64,000 nucleotides of DNA from an uncultured Chloroflexia bacterium (GCA_963819655.1 CAWFXA010000002.1:320001-384000); one strand, 5' to 3'. Numbered from the stretch's first letter, positions 27,329 through 35,186 are shown. A program made the numbers and translations. Notes: generated by a model from the letters alone, not told the origin.

Positions 27329-29614
27329 TCAAGGCGCTCGTCCTCGGTCTGCGAGCGAGTAGAGCCGGATGACTCCATCGCGTCCGGTCGTGTATGCGTC
27401 GCCATTGGGCCCGATCACAGCCAGCTCGAGGCCGCGTCCTGACCACGATGAGATGAGGTCACCAGTGGGGGCGAACAGGTGCAGCCGATCGGGCCCGTCC
27501 GTCGCGTACAGTTCGCCATTCGGCCCGGAAGCAAGCAGCACCGGCTCGCGCAGAAGACCCTCTCCGATCTGTCGGACGATCGTGCCGTCCGGGGCGATCA
27601 CCGTGATCCTCCAGGGTGCCCCGCGACCGCCACTGGCGAAATAGACCGTTCCGTCGGGACCCACGACCACGTTGTTCGTGCACCGATCCCTGACGTCCGC
27701 GCCTCCCGCCAATGTCCGAACGTAGTTGCCTGATTGTTCGAAAACCTGGATCCGGCACGTGGGGTCGTCAACCACATAGACGAGCCCGTCCGGGCCAACA
27801 CTGATGCCGAAGGGACTGACGAACTGGCCGGGCCCTGACCCGAAGGTTCCCCATGACCCGATCATCTCTCGGTCGGCATCGAAGTGCACGACCCGCTGGT
27901 GCTCCGAATCGGCAATGAAGAAGCCGCCATCCGGGAGGAAGGCAACTGCACCCCAGCCATCCCGGTCGGGCTGGACGAGGGCGAGGGCGGCATCACCGGT
28001 CGGCTGCCATGTTTCGACGACTCCTCCGTCACGACCGACGATCACGAACCGGGCACGTGTGGGGTCGGCGATCCACAGCCGCCCGTCTGGTGCGCCGTTC
28101 AGGAAGAACGGCCCCTCGATCCCAAGATCTCGGGCCGTGCGGGCCCACACCTCAACGAGTGCAACGGTCGAGGTGATGATGTGCGCCGACGACGATGGGC
28201 GCTCGGCCGTCGCACTGGAAGCGACCCCTGCGGTGGGCGACGGACTGCTGGCACGAGCTTCGGCGGCGGTCAGCGCGTACACACTCCCATCCTGTGTTCC
28301 AACGATCAGGTGCGCGCCGGCGACTGCGGGCGAGAAGGGGATGCCGTCGAGTAGGAAGGTCCCGAGGACGTCGCCGGTGGCCGCCTCGAGGGCCTCGATC
28401 CCCCCGTGCGAGGCGAGGTACAGCACTCCACCAGCCTTGGTCGGCGATGAGCCGACCTGAACGCCGAGGCTTCGTGTCCATATCTCGGCACCGTCGTCGG
28501 CCCGGAGCGCGACCACGTCGCCGTCGACCGCGGCTGCGTAGACGGTCCCCGTCTCGGGGTCGACGACCGGAGCGACGACTGTCTGTCCGTTTGGCCGCCG
28601 GTGACGCCATATCCCACGGCCGGATTCGAGATCGACCGCGTAGAGAACGCCGCGATTCCCTTCGAGATCAAGGCCTGCGAGCAGGACCTTCTCGCCAGCG
28701 ATGACGGGTGTATCGGTGAAGACCGGCGTCGCAAAGCGCCACAACTCGCGTGCGGTTGGGGAGTCGAAGGCCACGGCGATCCCGACATCGGTCGGGACGA
28801 CGAGGATCGAACCCTGGACCGCGATCGACCGCGTCGAGGGCCCCGGCAGGTCTTCCTGCCAGACGACCTCGTGCGTTTCGAGATCGATGGCCAGAACCTT
28901 GCCGGTCGCGCCCGGGACGGGTCGTCCACGGGACTGTGCCGAAGAGGTCGAGACGTACAGCCGGTCGCCGACGATCGCCGGACTACCGGCAGCGTAGCCA
29001 TCGAGCGGTATTTGCCAGGCGACATGGCCAGTCCGTCGATCCACGGCGACGAGATCCCGATCCTCCGTCCCGACGATCACCAACTCACCGGCCACAGAAG
29101 GCGACGACCAGGCAACGTTCAGATCGGACGACCACAGCTGGACGTGGCGTCGGAGGTCGAACGCTCGGAACTGGCCATCGATCGCTCCCACGTAGGCGAC
29201 GCCGTCCACGATCGCCGCCGACGATACGATCGGACCGGAGAGCGTCGTCTGGAAGTCGATGGTCATGGCCCCACCGGGTCCGGGCCCCGTTACCACGCCG
29301 GTCCTTGCCGCGTCACCGCGGAACGTCGAGCTGTCCGACAGGGGCTCCGATCTCCGGAGGAGCTGGGCGCCCACCGCGGCGATGCCGGCCAAGAGCGACA
29401 TCAGGAGGAGGGCGGTCATCGCCAGCCGGACGGGTCGCGGCAATGCGACGACCTTCGCCATGATCCGGCTTTCGAGCGGGGCGGGCTGCTGCGGGGTGAG
29501 GCGGACCGCGGCCGCGATGGAGTCGCGCAGATCTGCAGGTGCCAGCGTCGCCTGGGGCAGTGCCAGAGATCGGTTCAGCAGCTCCCGTGTCAACGGCGGA
29601 AGGTTCCGGCTCAT
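27329..29614 (-). CDS. Single-TM protein with PQQ-like and NHL beta-propellers (putative anti-sigma factor)
   Basis: Start overlaps the ECF stop; TM segment; FRGDAARTG, repeated SSP/W motifs; WGTFGSGPGQFVSPFGISVGPDG. Confidence 0.8.
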   Translation of the reverse strand: MSRNLPPLTRELLNRSLALPQATLAPADLRDSIAAAVRLTPQQPAPLESRIMAKVVALPRPVRLAMTALLLMSLLAGIAAVGAQLLRRSEPLSDSSTFRGDAARTGVVTGPGPGGAMTIDFQTTLSGPIVSSAAIVDGVAYVGAIDGQFRAFDLRRHVQLWSSDLNVAWSSPSVAGELVIVGTEDRDLVAVDRRTGHVAWQIPLDGYAAGSPAIVGDRLYVSTSSAQSRGRPVPGATGKVLAIDLETHEVVWQEDLPGPSTRSIAVQGSILVVPTDVGIAVAFDSPTARELWRFATPVFTDTPVIAGEKVLLAGLDLEGNRGVLYAVDLESGRGIWRHRRPNGQTVVAPVVDPETGTVYAAAVDGDVVALRADDGAEIWTRSLGVQVGSSPTKAGGVLYLASHGGIEALEAATGDVLGTFLLDGIPFSPAVAGAHLIVGTQDGSVYALTAAEARASSPSPTAGVASSATAERPSSSAHIITSTVALVEVWARTARDLGIEGPFFLNGAPDGRLWIADPTRARFVIVGRDGGVVETWQPTGDAALALVQPDRDGWGAVAFLPDGGFFIADSEHQRVVHFDADREMIGSWGTFGSGPGQFVSPFGISVGPDGLVYVVDDPTCRIQVFEQSGNYVRTLAGGADVRDRCTNNVVVGPDGTVYFASGGRGAPWRITVIAPDGTIVRQIGEGLLREPVLLASGPNGELYATDGPDRLHLFAPTGDLISSWSGRGLELAVIGPNGDAYTTGRDGVIRLYSLADRGRAP

Positions 29615-30183
29615 TCCGACACCTCCCGGAGCGCCTTCGCGAGGGCTCGGCGCGCACTGAAGAGACGCCACATGACCGTCCCCGAAGGGACGCGAAGGAG
29701 ATTCGCGATCTCGGCGACCGGTCGGCCTTCGCCGTGATGCAAGGCGAGCACGGTTCGCTGGTCGCCGGACAACCGGCCGAATGCCTGGCGGACGATGTCC
29801 TCGTCGGCCAGCGCTTCGAGAGGCGACTGGCTTGTCGGATGGTCGGCCGGAAGCGAGAGCTCCTCGATCGGGATCTCCCGGACCCGGGCCTTTCGGCGCC
29901 GGAGCAGCATCCGGCACTCGTTCACGACGATCCGATCGAGCCACGCATCGAAGCGCGCGACATCACGGAGTCGAGGGAGTTCTCGCCAGGCTGCCAAGAA
30001 CGCCTCCTGGCATGCGTCGCGGGCGTCCCATTCAGTTCGCAGGATGGCCAGAGCCGTGCGATAGGCTCGGTCGAGCCGAGCGTCGATCAACCGTTCGAAT
30101 GCCTGCACATCGCCGGCGCGGGCCAACTCGACGAGCGAGGCGTCGCTCGTCGAGCCGACCGAGGTGCTCGCGTGTGCCGTCAT
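29611..30183 (-). CDS. ECF RNA polymerase sigma factor
   Basis: DASLVELARAGDVQAF, DACQEAFLAAW, WLDRIVVN, EIANLLRVPSGTVMWRL. Confidence 0.92.
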   Translation of the reverse strand: MTAHASTSVGSTSDASLVELARAGDVQAFERLIDARLDRAYRTALAILRTEWDARDACQEAFLAAWRELPRLRDVARFDAWLDRIVVNECRMLLRRRKARVREIPIEELSLPADHPTSQSPLEALADEDIVRQAFGRLSGDQRTVLALHHGEGRPVAEIANLLRVPSGTVMWRLFSARRALAKALREVSE

Positions 30184-30244
30184 CGGGTTGCAGTGTGCCC
30201 TCGACGGACGGGTCAGCCGGCGAACAATGGGCAGAGAGCGGAGG

Positions 30245-31105
30245 TCATGGCAACTCCAACAGTCCGGCGACGGCAGGCCATGTGATCTCTGCGACCTCCG
30301 CCTGTCCGCGCACGTTCAGGTGGTTCCGATCGCTGGAGAAATCCTCGGGGCGTTCAATGTACGCGGCGCGAGCTCCGTCGTCCGTCCGGCAATTGGGCAC
30401 CGTGGCGCACACCCGGGCCTGCTCCGTCTCATATTTCTCGATGATGGATGTCAGGGTGTCGGAAGGGTCAGGGTCGCACAGCATCCACGAAGGGGGTCGT
30501 CCGAGCTGTCCGACCACCAGGATCCGTGAGTCGGGTGAGGCCGTGGTTACGACCTGCAAGGCGTCTGCGAGGGCGACACCGAACTCGGGTACGTGCGTGC
30601 GATCGGTCCCGTCGCAGCGGATGTCGCTGTCGATCGTTTGGACTACGACGAGTGCCGGGGTGGGAACAGTTTCGAGAGCGGATCGCGCCTGCCCCGCCAG
30701 CGAAGACGCGGGCGCACCACCTTGCGCAGTGTTGGCAACATGGCCCTCGGTCTCCGGACGGACCGCGACGAGCCGCCGGTAGATGCTGTTGACCTCAGGC
30801 GATGTGCCAGTCGCCCACGAGTTTTCGAGCGCAACCCGACCAGGACGGCTCGGATCGGAGTTCTCACCAGTCAAGCCGGAGTGCCCGATCGCTATGACAC
30901 CGACCGGCTTGCCGGGGTTGGCCGCGGTCGCGGTCGATGTGGCGGCCGGGCCGGCCGCGGCCGATGTGGTAGCCGGGCCGGTCGCGGCCGATGTGGTGGC
31001 CGGGCCGGTCGCGGCCTGGTCTCCGATGTCTGCACTGCGGCAGCCACTGACCGCCAACGCCAAGGCGATGATGGCGGCCACGGTGCCAGCTGATCTTGTG
31101 TTCAT
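30245..31105 (-). CDS. SGNH/GDSL-like hydrolase lipoprotein
   Basis: Lipobox VSGC; AIGHSGLTG, NSWATG, DRNHLNVRGQ. Confidence 0.7.
   Translation of the reverse strand: MNTRSAGTVAAIIALALAVSGCRSADIGDQAATGPATTSAATGPATTSAAAGPAATSTATAANPGKPVGVIAIGHSGLTGENSDPSRPGRVALENSWATGTSPEVNSIYRRLVAVRPETEGHVANTAQGGAPASSLAGQARSALETVPTPALVVVQTIDSDIRCDGTDRTHVPEFGVALADALQVVTTASPDSRILVVGQLGRPPSWMLCDPDPSDTLTSIIEKYETEQARVCATVPNCRTDDGARAAYIERPEDFSSDRNHLNVRGQAEVAEITWPAVAGLLELP
30926..31016. repeat. 27-bp tandem repeat (about 3.3 copies) encoding an AATGPATTS linker
   Basis: GGTCGCGGYCGATGTGGYRGCCGGGCC repeated in frame within the lipoprotein gene. Confidence 0.85.
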
Positions 31106-31290
31106 GATGTGCTCCGGGGTAGTCCGGATGTGCATCCTTTGCCTCCTGATCGGGTCTCTGCATTCGCAGAGTTCCTTCAGAAGTCCAGATGCGAGGGAGC
31201 ACCGATCCATTTGGCGCTCCTCTGTAAGAAACACGTGCGCCGAGTTGTCGCCGTACGTGCTCCCTCCGCTCGGACCGTTCGGCCGCCGGC

Positions 31291-31409
31291 GAGTTTTACG
31301 CTCTACGAGCGTTGTGGCCGCGGAATCCGTGCTCGCCGCAGCGGCAAGGTAGACCTTCGAACCACAGGCCGAAGGTCCATCCAAGCTCGGCGGGTATGAT
31401 CAGCGCCTC
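31291..31409 (+). repeat. Module right end: 29-bp palindromic site plus spacer plus tRNA promoter (-10 TATGAT 31395-31400)
   Basis: GAGTTTTACGCTC-TAC-GAGCGTTGTGGCC (31291-31319); GACCTTCG/CGAAGGTC inverted repeat 31352-31377. Confidence 0.85.
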
Positions 31410-31485
31410 GCGCCTGTAGCTCAGTGGATAGAGCGTCGGCCTCCGGAGCCGAAGGTCGCAGGTTCGAATCCTGTCGGGCGCGCCA
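31410..31485 (+). tRNA. tRNA-Arg (CCG)
   Basis: GCGCCTGTAGCTCAGTGGATAGAGCGTCGGCCTCCGGAGCCGAAGGTCGCAGGTTCGAATCCTGTCGGGCGCGCCA: 76 nt, CT-CCG-GA loop, CCA end. Confidence 0.97.
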
Positions 31486-31576
31486 GTTCAACCTTTTCGG
31501 GCAGAGCCAGCGCCAATCCGTGCGCGTAGGCCGCCTGAGTCAGCCGGACACCCACGATCTCGGGTGCCAGCGACCG

Positions 31577-32239
31577 TCAGTGGTTCGTCGGCTGCGTGCC
31601 GGAGAGGATGTCTTTGGGTGGCGTGGCCAGACCGAATACCTGATCCAGGAGCGTGGTGACGCACCAATCCACCCAGTCGTCGTGCGGCCAGCCGTACGTC
31701 CCGACGAGGAAGTGGTAGGCGTCCTCGCCAACGTAGAAGAGCAGCAGGTGCGCTGCTCTCTCCGGGTCGAGCCCATCGCGCAGCGGTGCCTTCTTCCGAA
31801 GGATCTCGAGGATGACCCGGTAGCCATCGGCCCGCCAGGCCTCGGATTCCGCCATGACCCTGGCCAGATCGGGATCGTCACTCGCCCGCGCCGCGAGATT
31901 GAGCGGGATCACCCTTGGCATGATCGAGCCGACACCGGTCACCAGGTGGCGAACCGCCTCGGCGATCCCCGAGGCATCGGTCATCGCCAGGTACCACGGC
32001 TGCTCCTCAGGAGGACGCGGGTCATCCCGGCCCATCACGGCGAAGTCGATGGCCCGCGCGAGCAGGGCGGGCTTCGTGTGGAACACGAAGTAGACCGTCT
32101 GGACGGCGACGCCGGCAGCCTCGGCGACCTGCGCCATCGTCGTGGCGGCATAGCCCTGGGTCGAGAACAGGCGGTGCGATGCCTCGACGATCTTCCAGTG
32201 GGTGGCGCGGGACCGCTCCCGTCGGGTCAGGCTGGCCAT
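31577..32239 (-). CDS. TetR/AcrR family regulator
   Basis: GYAATTMAQVAEAAGVAVQTVYFVFHTK. Confidence 0.92.
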   Translation of the reverse strand: MASLTRRERSRATHWKIVEASHRLFSTQGYAATTMAQVAEAAGVAVQTVYFVFHTKPALLARAIDFAVMGRDDPRPPEEQPWYLAMTDASGIAEAVRHLVTGVGSIMPRVIPLNLAARASDDPDLARVMAESEAWRADGYRVILEILRKKAPLRDGLDPERAAHLLLFYVGEDAYHFLVGTYGWPHDDWVDWCVTTLLDQVFGLATPPKDILSGTQPTNH

Positions 32240-32249
32240 GCGGAACCTC

Positions 32250-32307
32250 TTGACATCCGTCGCGAAGGCGATACTATCCGACCTCTCACTAGAGTGCACA
32301 CTAGTGA
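32250..32307 (+). promoter_or_regulatory. Promoter TTGACA-16-TACTAT plus near-palindromic TetR operator
   Basis: TTGACA 32250-32255, TACTAT 32272-32277, TCACTAGAGTGCACACTAGTGA 32286-32307. Confidence 0.7.
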
Positions 32308-32338
32308 TACCGCCAGTTCACTGGGGAAGGACCTACGG

Positions 32339-32782
32339 ATGATCAGCGTGGAGACACGGATCGAGATCGCGCGGCCGGCCGCCGACGTGTTCGCGTTCGT
32401 CAGCGACCAGACGAACGCGCCGCGCTGGCAGTCCGGGCTCGACGAGGTCCATCGCCTTACACCGGGTCCTATCCGGGTAGGGTCAGAGCACAGCTTCATT
32501 CGCCGGTTCGCCGGTCGGCGGATCGAGTCGAGGAACAAGTTCGTCGCGTTCGAGCCCGGTCGCTTCGTCGCCTTCGACATCCCGCCCGGGGGCGGAGTGA
32601 CCGGAGAGGCGTCCTACCTCGTCGAGCCGACCAGCGCCTCCAGCAGCGCGTTGACCAGTCGCGTCCAACTCCGCTTCTCCGGACTGGGTCGGCTCATCGA
32701 GCCGTTCATGGGACGTGTGCTGCGCCGCGACGTCCAACGGGATGATCAGGTGCTAAGGGCCCTGCTGGAAGCGGAGGCGTAG
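32339..32782 (+). CDS. SRPBCC (polyketide cyclase/dehydrase) family protein
   Basis: IEIARPAADVFAFVSDQTNAPRWQ. Confidence 0.85.
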   Translation: MISVETRIEIARPAADVFAFVSDQTNAPRWQSGLDEVHRLTPGPIRVGSEHSFIRRFAGRRIESRNKFVAFEPGRFVAFDIPPGGGVTGEASYLVEPTSASSSALTSRVQLRFSGLGRLIEPFMGRVLRRDVQRDDQVLRALLEAEA

Positions 32783-32790
32783 GCCAGGAC

Positions 32791-33249
32791 ATGACCGGAG
32801 TTCGTGTGGATCGGGATCGCCCTGGGGCCGCGGACCCCGTGACCGCGACGGCGGCGGTCCCCGGTGTCGCGCGTGGTGCAGCGGTGGTGTGCTGGGTGTA
32901 CGCGGCCGGATACGGGCTGGCCGCGTTGCCGATCGCGGCCTATGCACTCCGGGAACGGGAGCTGCCGTGGCTCGGCGACCTGTTCCCGATGTATGGCGGC
33001 CCGTGGTGGGGCCCGTTGAGTCCCGAGGCGTTCGCCGCGACACTCGTCGGATACGCGGGTGTCACCGCAGCGGTCGCGTGGGGCGGGTGGTTGATGTGGC
33101 GGGGACGCCGCTCTGGAGCCGTGCTTGCCGTCGCCATGATCCCGATCGAGGCAGTCTTCTGGTACGGCTACGCCCTGCCGATCCCGCCCGCCCTGGCGCT
33201 CCTGCGGGTCGGCCTGATCGCCGCAGCCTGGCCCCGCCTCCGCCGTTGA
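32791..33249 (+). CDS. Hypothetical membrane protein
   Basis: About four hydrophobic segments, operonic with the SRPBCC gene. Confidence 0.65.
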   Translation: MTGVRVDRDRPGAADPVTATAAVPGVARGAAVVCWVYAAGYGLAALPIAAYALRERELPWLGDLFPMYGGPWWGPLSPEAFAATLVGYAGVTAAVAWGGWLMWRGRRSGAVLAVAMIPIEAVFWYGYALPIPPALALLRVGLIAAAWPRLRR

Positions 33250-33465
33250 TCGACCCGGACGCGAAGCAGGTGCGTGCTGTCCACGACCGTCACGCCTGCC
33301 GCCTCGACGCAGCGAGCCACTCATCCCGCCCCTCGATCGGGATCGTGTAGGTTGCAGCCAAGCGCCCCACACCTGTCGGGCGCGCCAGTACGAATGTTCT
33401 CGACCATCGAGCGATCGGTCGGCCTGACTCGGCCCAGAGAGTGAGAGAGAAGCGACTTCCGGCGC

Positions 33466-34140
33466 TCACGCGCCGGCTAGCCTCTGCTCGCTCGCCTCGA
33501 GTCGCCGCGCCAACCCGTCGAGCAGCAGGTCGAGCCCGAACGTGAACTCGAGCGGGACGCCACCCTCCTGCCCGACCATCGTCGCCATGGCGATCAGGTT
33601 CGGATAGCGCTCCGGGTCGAGGCCTGCGGCGAGCTCGGTCGCGACCTCGGCGTACTCGTCGACGCCGAACGGCCAACTCGCGACCTGCATGGTGAAGCCG
33701 TACAGGTGGCTATCCAGCGCGCCGAAGGCGTGCCCGACATCCTGGAGCGAGAAGCCCGCCTCGTGCAGCACGCCGACGACGGCATCGAGAAAGGCGAGGC
33801 GTGCCGGGCCCGGATCGAAGTCGGACTCCAGCAGCGGCCCGGCCCAAGGGTGGCGGGACAGGACGGCGTACGCGGCGATCGAGCTCGCGCGGATCGCCAT
33901 GCGCCAGTCGACGTCGCGAGACGGGAGCTCGAACTCGGACGCGACCCGGTCGGCGATTCCCGCCAGGACATCGTTCTTGTCGGCGACGTGCTTGTACAGC
34001 GACATCGCTTCCACACCGAGCTGCTGCCCGAGGCGCCGCATCGTGACCGCCCCGAGCCCCTCGCGGTCTGCCACCTCGACCGCGGCATCGATGATCCGCT
34101 CGCGGCTCAACGGGACCCGAGAGGGCTTCGCCTTGGCCAT
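33466..34140 (-). CDS. TetR family regulator (TetR_C domain)
   Basis: LSRERII...TMRRLGQQLGVEAMSLYKHV...FTFGLDLLLDGL. Confidence 0.92.
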   Translation of the reverse strand: MAKAKPSRVPLSRERIIDAAVEVADREGLGAVTMRRLGQQLGVEAMSLYKHVADKNDVLAGIADRVASEFELPSRDVDWRMAIRASSIAAYAVLSRHPWAGPLLESDFDPGPARLAFLDAVVGVLHEAGFSLQDVGHAFGALDSHLYGFTMQVASWPFGVDEYAEVATELAAGLDPERYPNLIAMATMVGQEGGVPLEFTFGLDLLLDGLARRLEASEQRLAGA

Positions 34141-34155
34141 CGTCCTCCTTCGGGG

Positions 34156-34213
34156 TTGACAGGCTTACAACGTAATCCTACGATGCCCTGCATTCAAGCT
34201 TACGTTGTAAGCC
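34156..34213 (+). promoter_or_regulatory. Promoter TTGACA-17-TACGAT with two TTAC-N3-GTAA operators
   Basis: TTGACA 34156-34161, TACGAT 34179-34184; GGCTTACAACGTAA (34162-34175) inverted to TTACGTTGTAAGCC (34200-34213). Confidence 0.75.
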
Positions 34214-34227
34214 GCAAGGAGCGCCAG

Positions 34228-34794
34228 ATGAACCCGATCCTCGCCTTTGTCCTCGCCGCCGCCGGCGTCCTCGTCACGGGTGCCGTGCTGTTCGTCTTTG
34301 GGATGCGCACGAAAGCGCCCATCGTGCAGGGCGCCATCATCGCCGTCAGCAAGTGGGTGATGAACCCGCGCCAGATGCGGACCGCGGGACGCCCCGGCGC
34401 GTACGCCGGCATCGTCCGCCAACGCGGGCGCGTGACGGGGCGCGCCTACGAGACGCCGGTCGGCATCGTCGCCGTGCCTGACGGCTGGCTGATCGCCCTG
34501 CCGTACGGGACGAGGACCCAATGGCTGCGCAACGTCCTGGCGGCGGGTCGCGCGGAGATCGTCGTCGAGGGCGAGACGCACCAGGTCGACCGACCCGAGC
34601 TCGTGCCGACGGCCAGCTACGCGACGGCGTTCTCTTCCACCGACCAGCGGCTGTTCCGCTGGCTCGCGGTGAACGAGTGCCTGCGCTTGCGGGTCGCCGC
34701 GGGCGAGGATCAGCCCGCGGGGGCCTCGAGCTCCCCGGGATCGGCGAACGCACGCTCGCCGCGCGAGGCCCCCGCGGCCATCGCCTCGCGGTAG
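34228..34794 (+). CDS. Deazaflavin-dependent nitroreductase/PNPOx-like protein with N-terminal TM
   Basis: RGRVTGRAYETPV, ALPYG...WLRNVLAAG. Confidence 0.8.
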   Translation: MNPILAFVLAAAGVLVTGAVLFVFGMRTKAPIVQGAIIAVSKWVMNPRQMRTAGRPGAYAGIVRQRGRVTGRAYETPVGIVAVPDGWLIALPYGTRTQWLRNVLAAGRAEIVVEGETHQVDRPELVPTASYATAFSSTDQRLFRWLAVNECLRLRVAAGEDQPAGASSSPGSANARSPREAPAAIASR

Positions 34795-34814
34795 GCGCCG
34801 ACCGCGGCGTCGAC

Positions 34815-35023
34815 GTGGCCGCGGGGTCGGACTCGTACGTCGGCCAGTGGGCGTTCATCACCTCGAACAGCCGGCGGCCGTAGACGCTGGCCTCAGTCGC
34901 GCGAAGTCGTTCGTTGAACCAGGTGTGCAGCTCGTCGTCGGTGATCGCCCAGTCGAGCGAGTGATCCGGCGTCTCGATGTAGCCGTCGAGCGAGACGTTC
35001 ATCAAGAAGATGACTTTGCCCAT
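34815..35023 (-). pseudogene. Truncated dihydrofolate reductase/RibD-C family gene
   Basis: MGKVIFLMNVSLDGYI...GRRLFEVMNAHWPT, similarity lost after ~68 aa. Confidence 0.7.
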
Positions 35024-35170
35024 GGCGGCATCGTCCTCGACGGGACGTCCCTGGATCAGGCACCTTCGGCGTCGAAATTGCTCAATCGCCGCGATCCGAT
35101 CGGGCGCGGCTCCTACTCCCGCGGATGTATGCGCTCTCTTGACACCGTCATGTATCGTGCGACGGTGAGC

Positions 35171-35186
35171 GTGAATGCGCATTCAC
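35171..35186. promoter_or_regulatory. LacI-family operator
   Basis: Perfect 16-bp palindrome GTGAATGCGCATTCAC downstream of TTGACA (35139-35144). Confidence 0.75.

Larger units (their letters stand above)
27221..31450 (+). mobile_element. Putative non-autonomous integrative module 'M3' inserted in tRNA-Arg (ECF sigma, propeller anti-sigma, SGNH lipoprotein cargo)
   Basis: Bounded by duplicated tRNA 5' halves (27181-27220, 31410-31450); shares both ends with M2; no integrase inside. Confidence 0.75.
31488..33389. mobile_element. 1.9-kb genomic islet at the tRNA-Arg 3' end (no integrase)
   Basis: 18-bp direct repeat CCTGTCGGGCGCGCCAGT at 31470-31487 and 33372-33389. Confidence 0.7.

Noticed and set aside
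30926-31016. 27-bp tandem repeat, and the 18-bp repeat near 54700-54740
   Set aside because: In-frame Ala/Pro/Ser/Thr linkers of lipoproteins, not arrays.
17132-31319. L/R repeats as a CRISPR array or canonical integron attC sites
   Set aside because: Copies are kilobases apart with no regular spacers or cas genes. They lack the RYYYAAC...GTTRRRY consensus and no intI is present. Only the architecture resembles attC.
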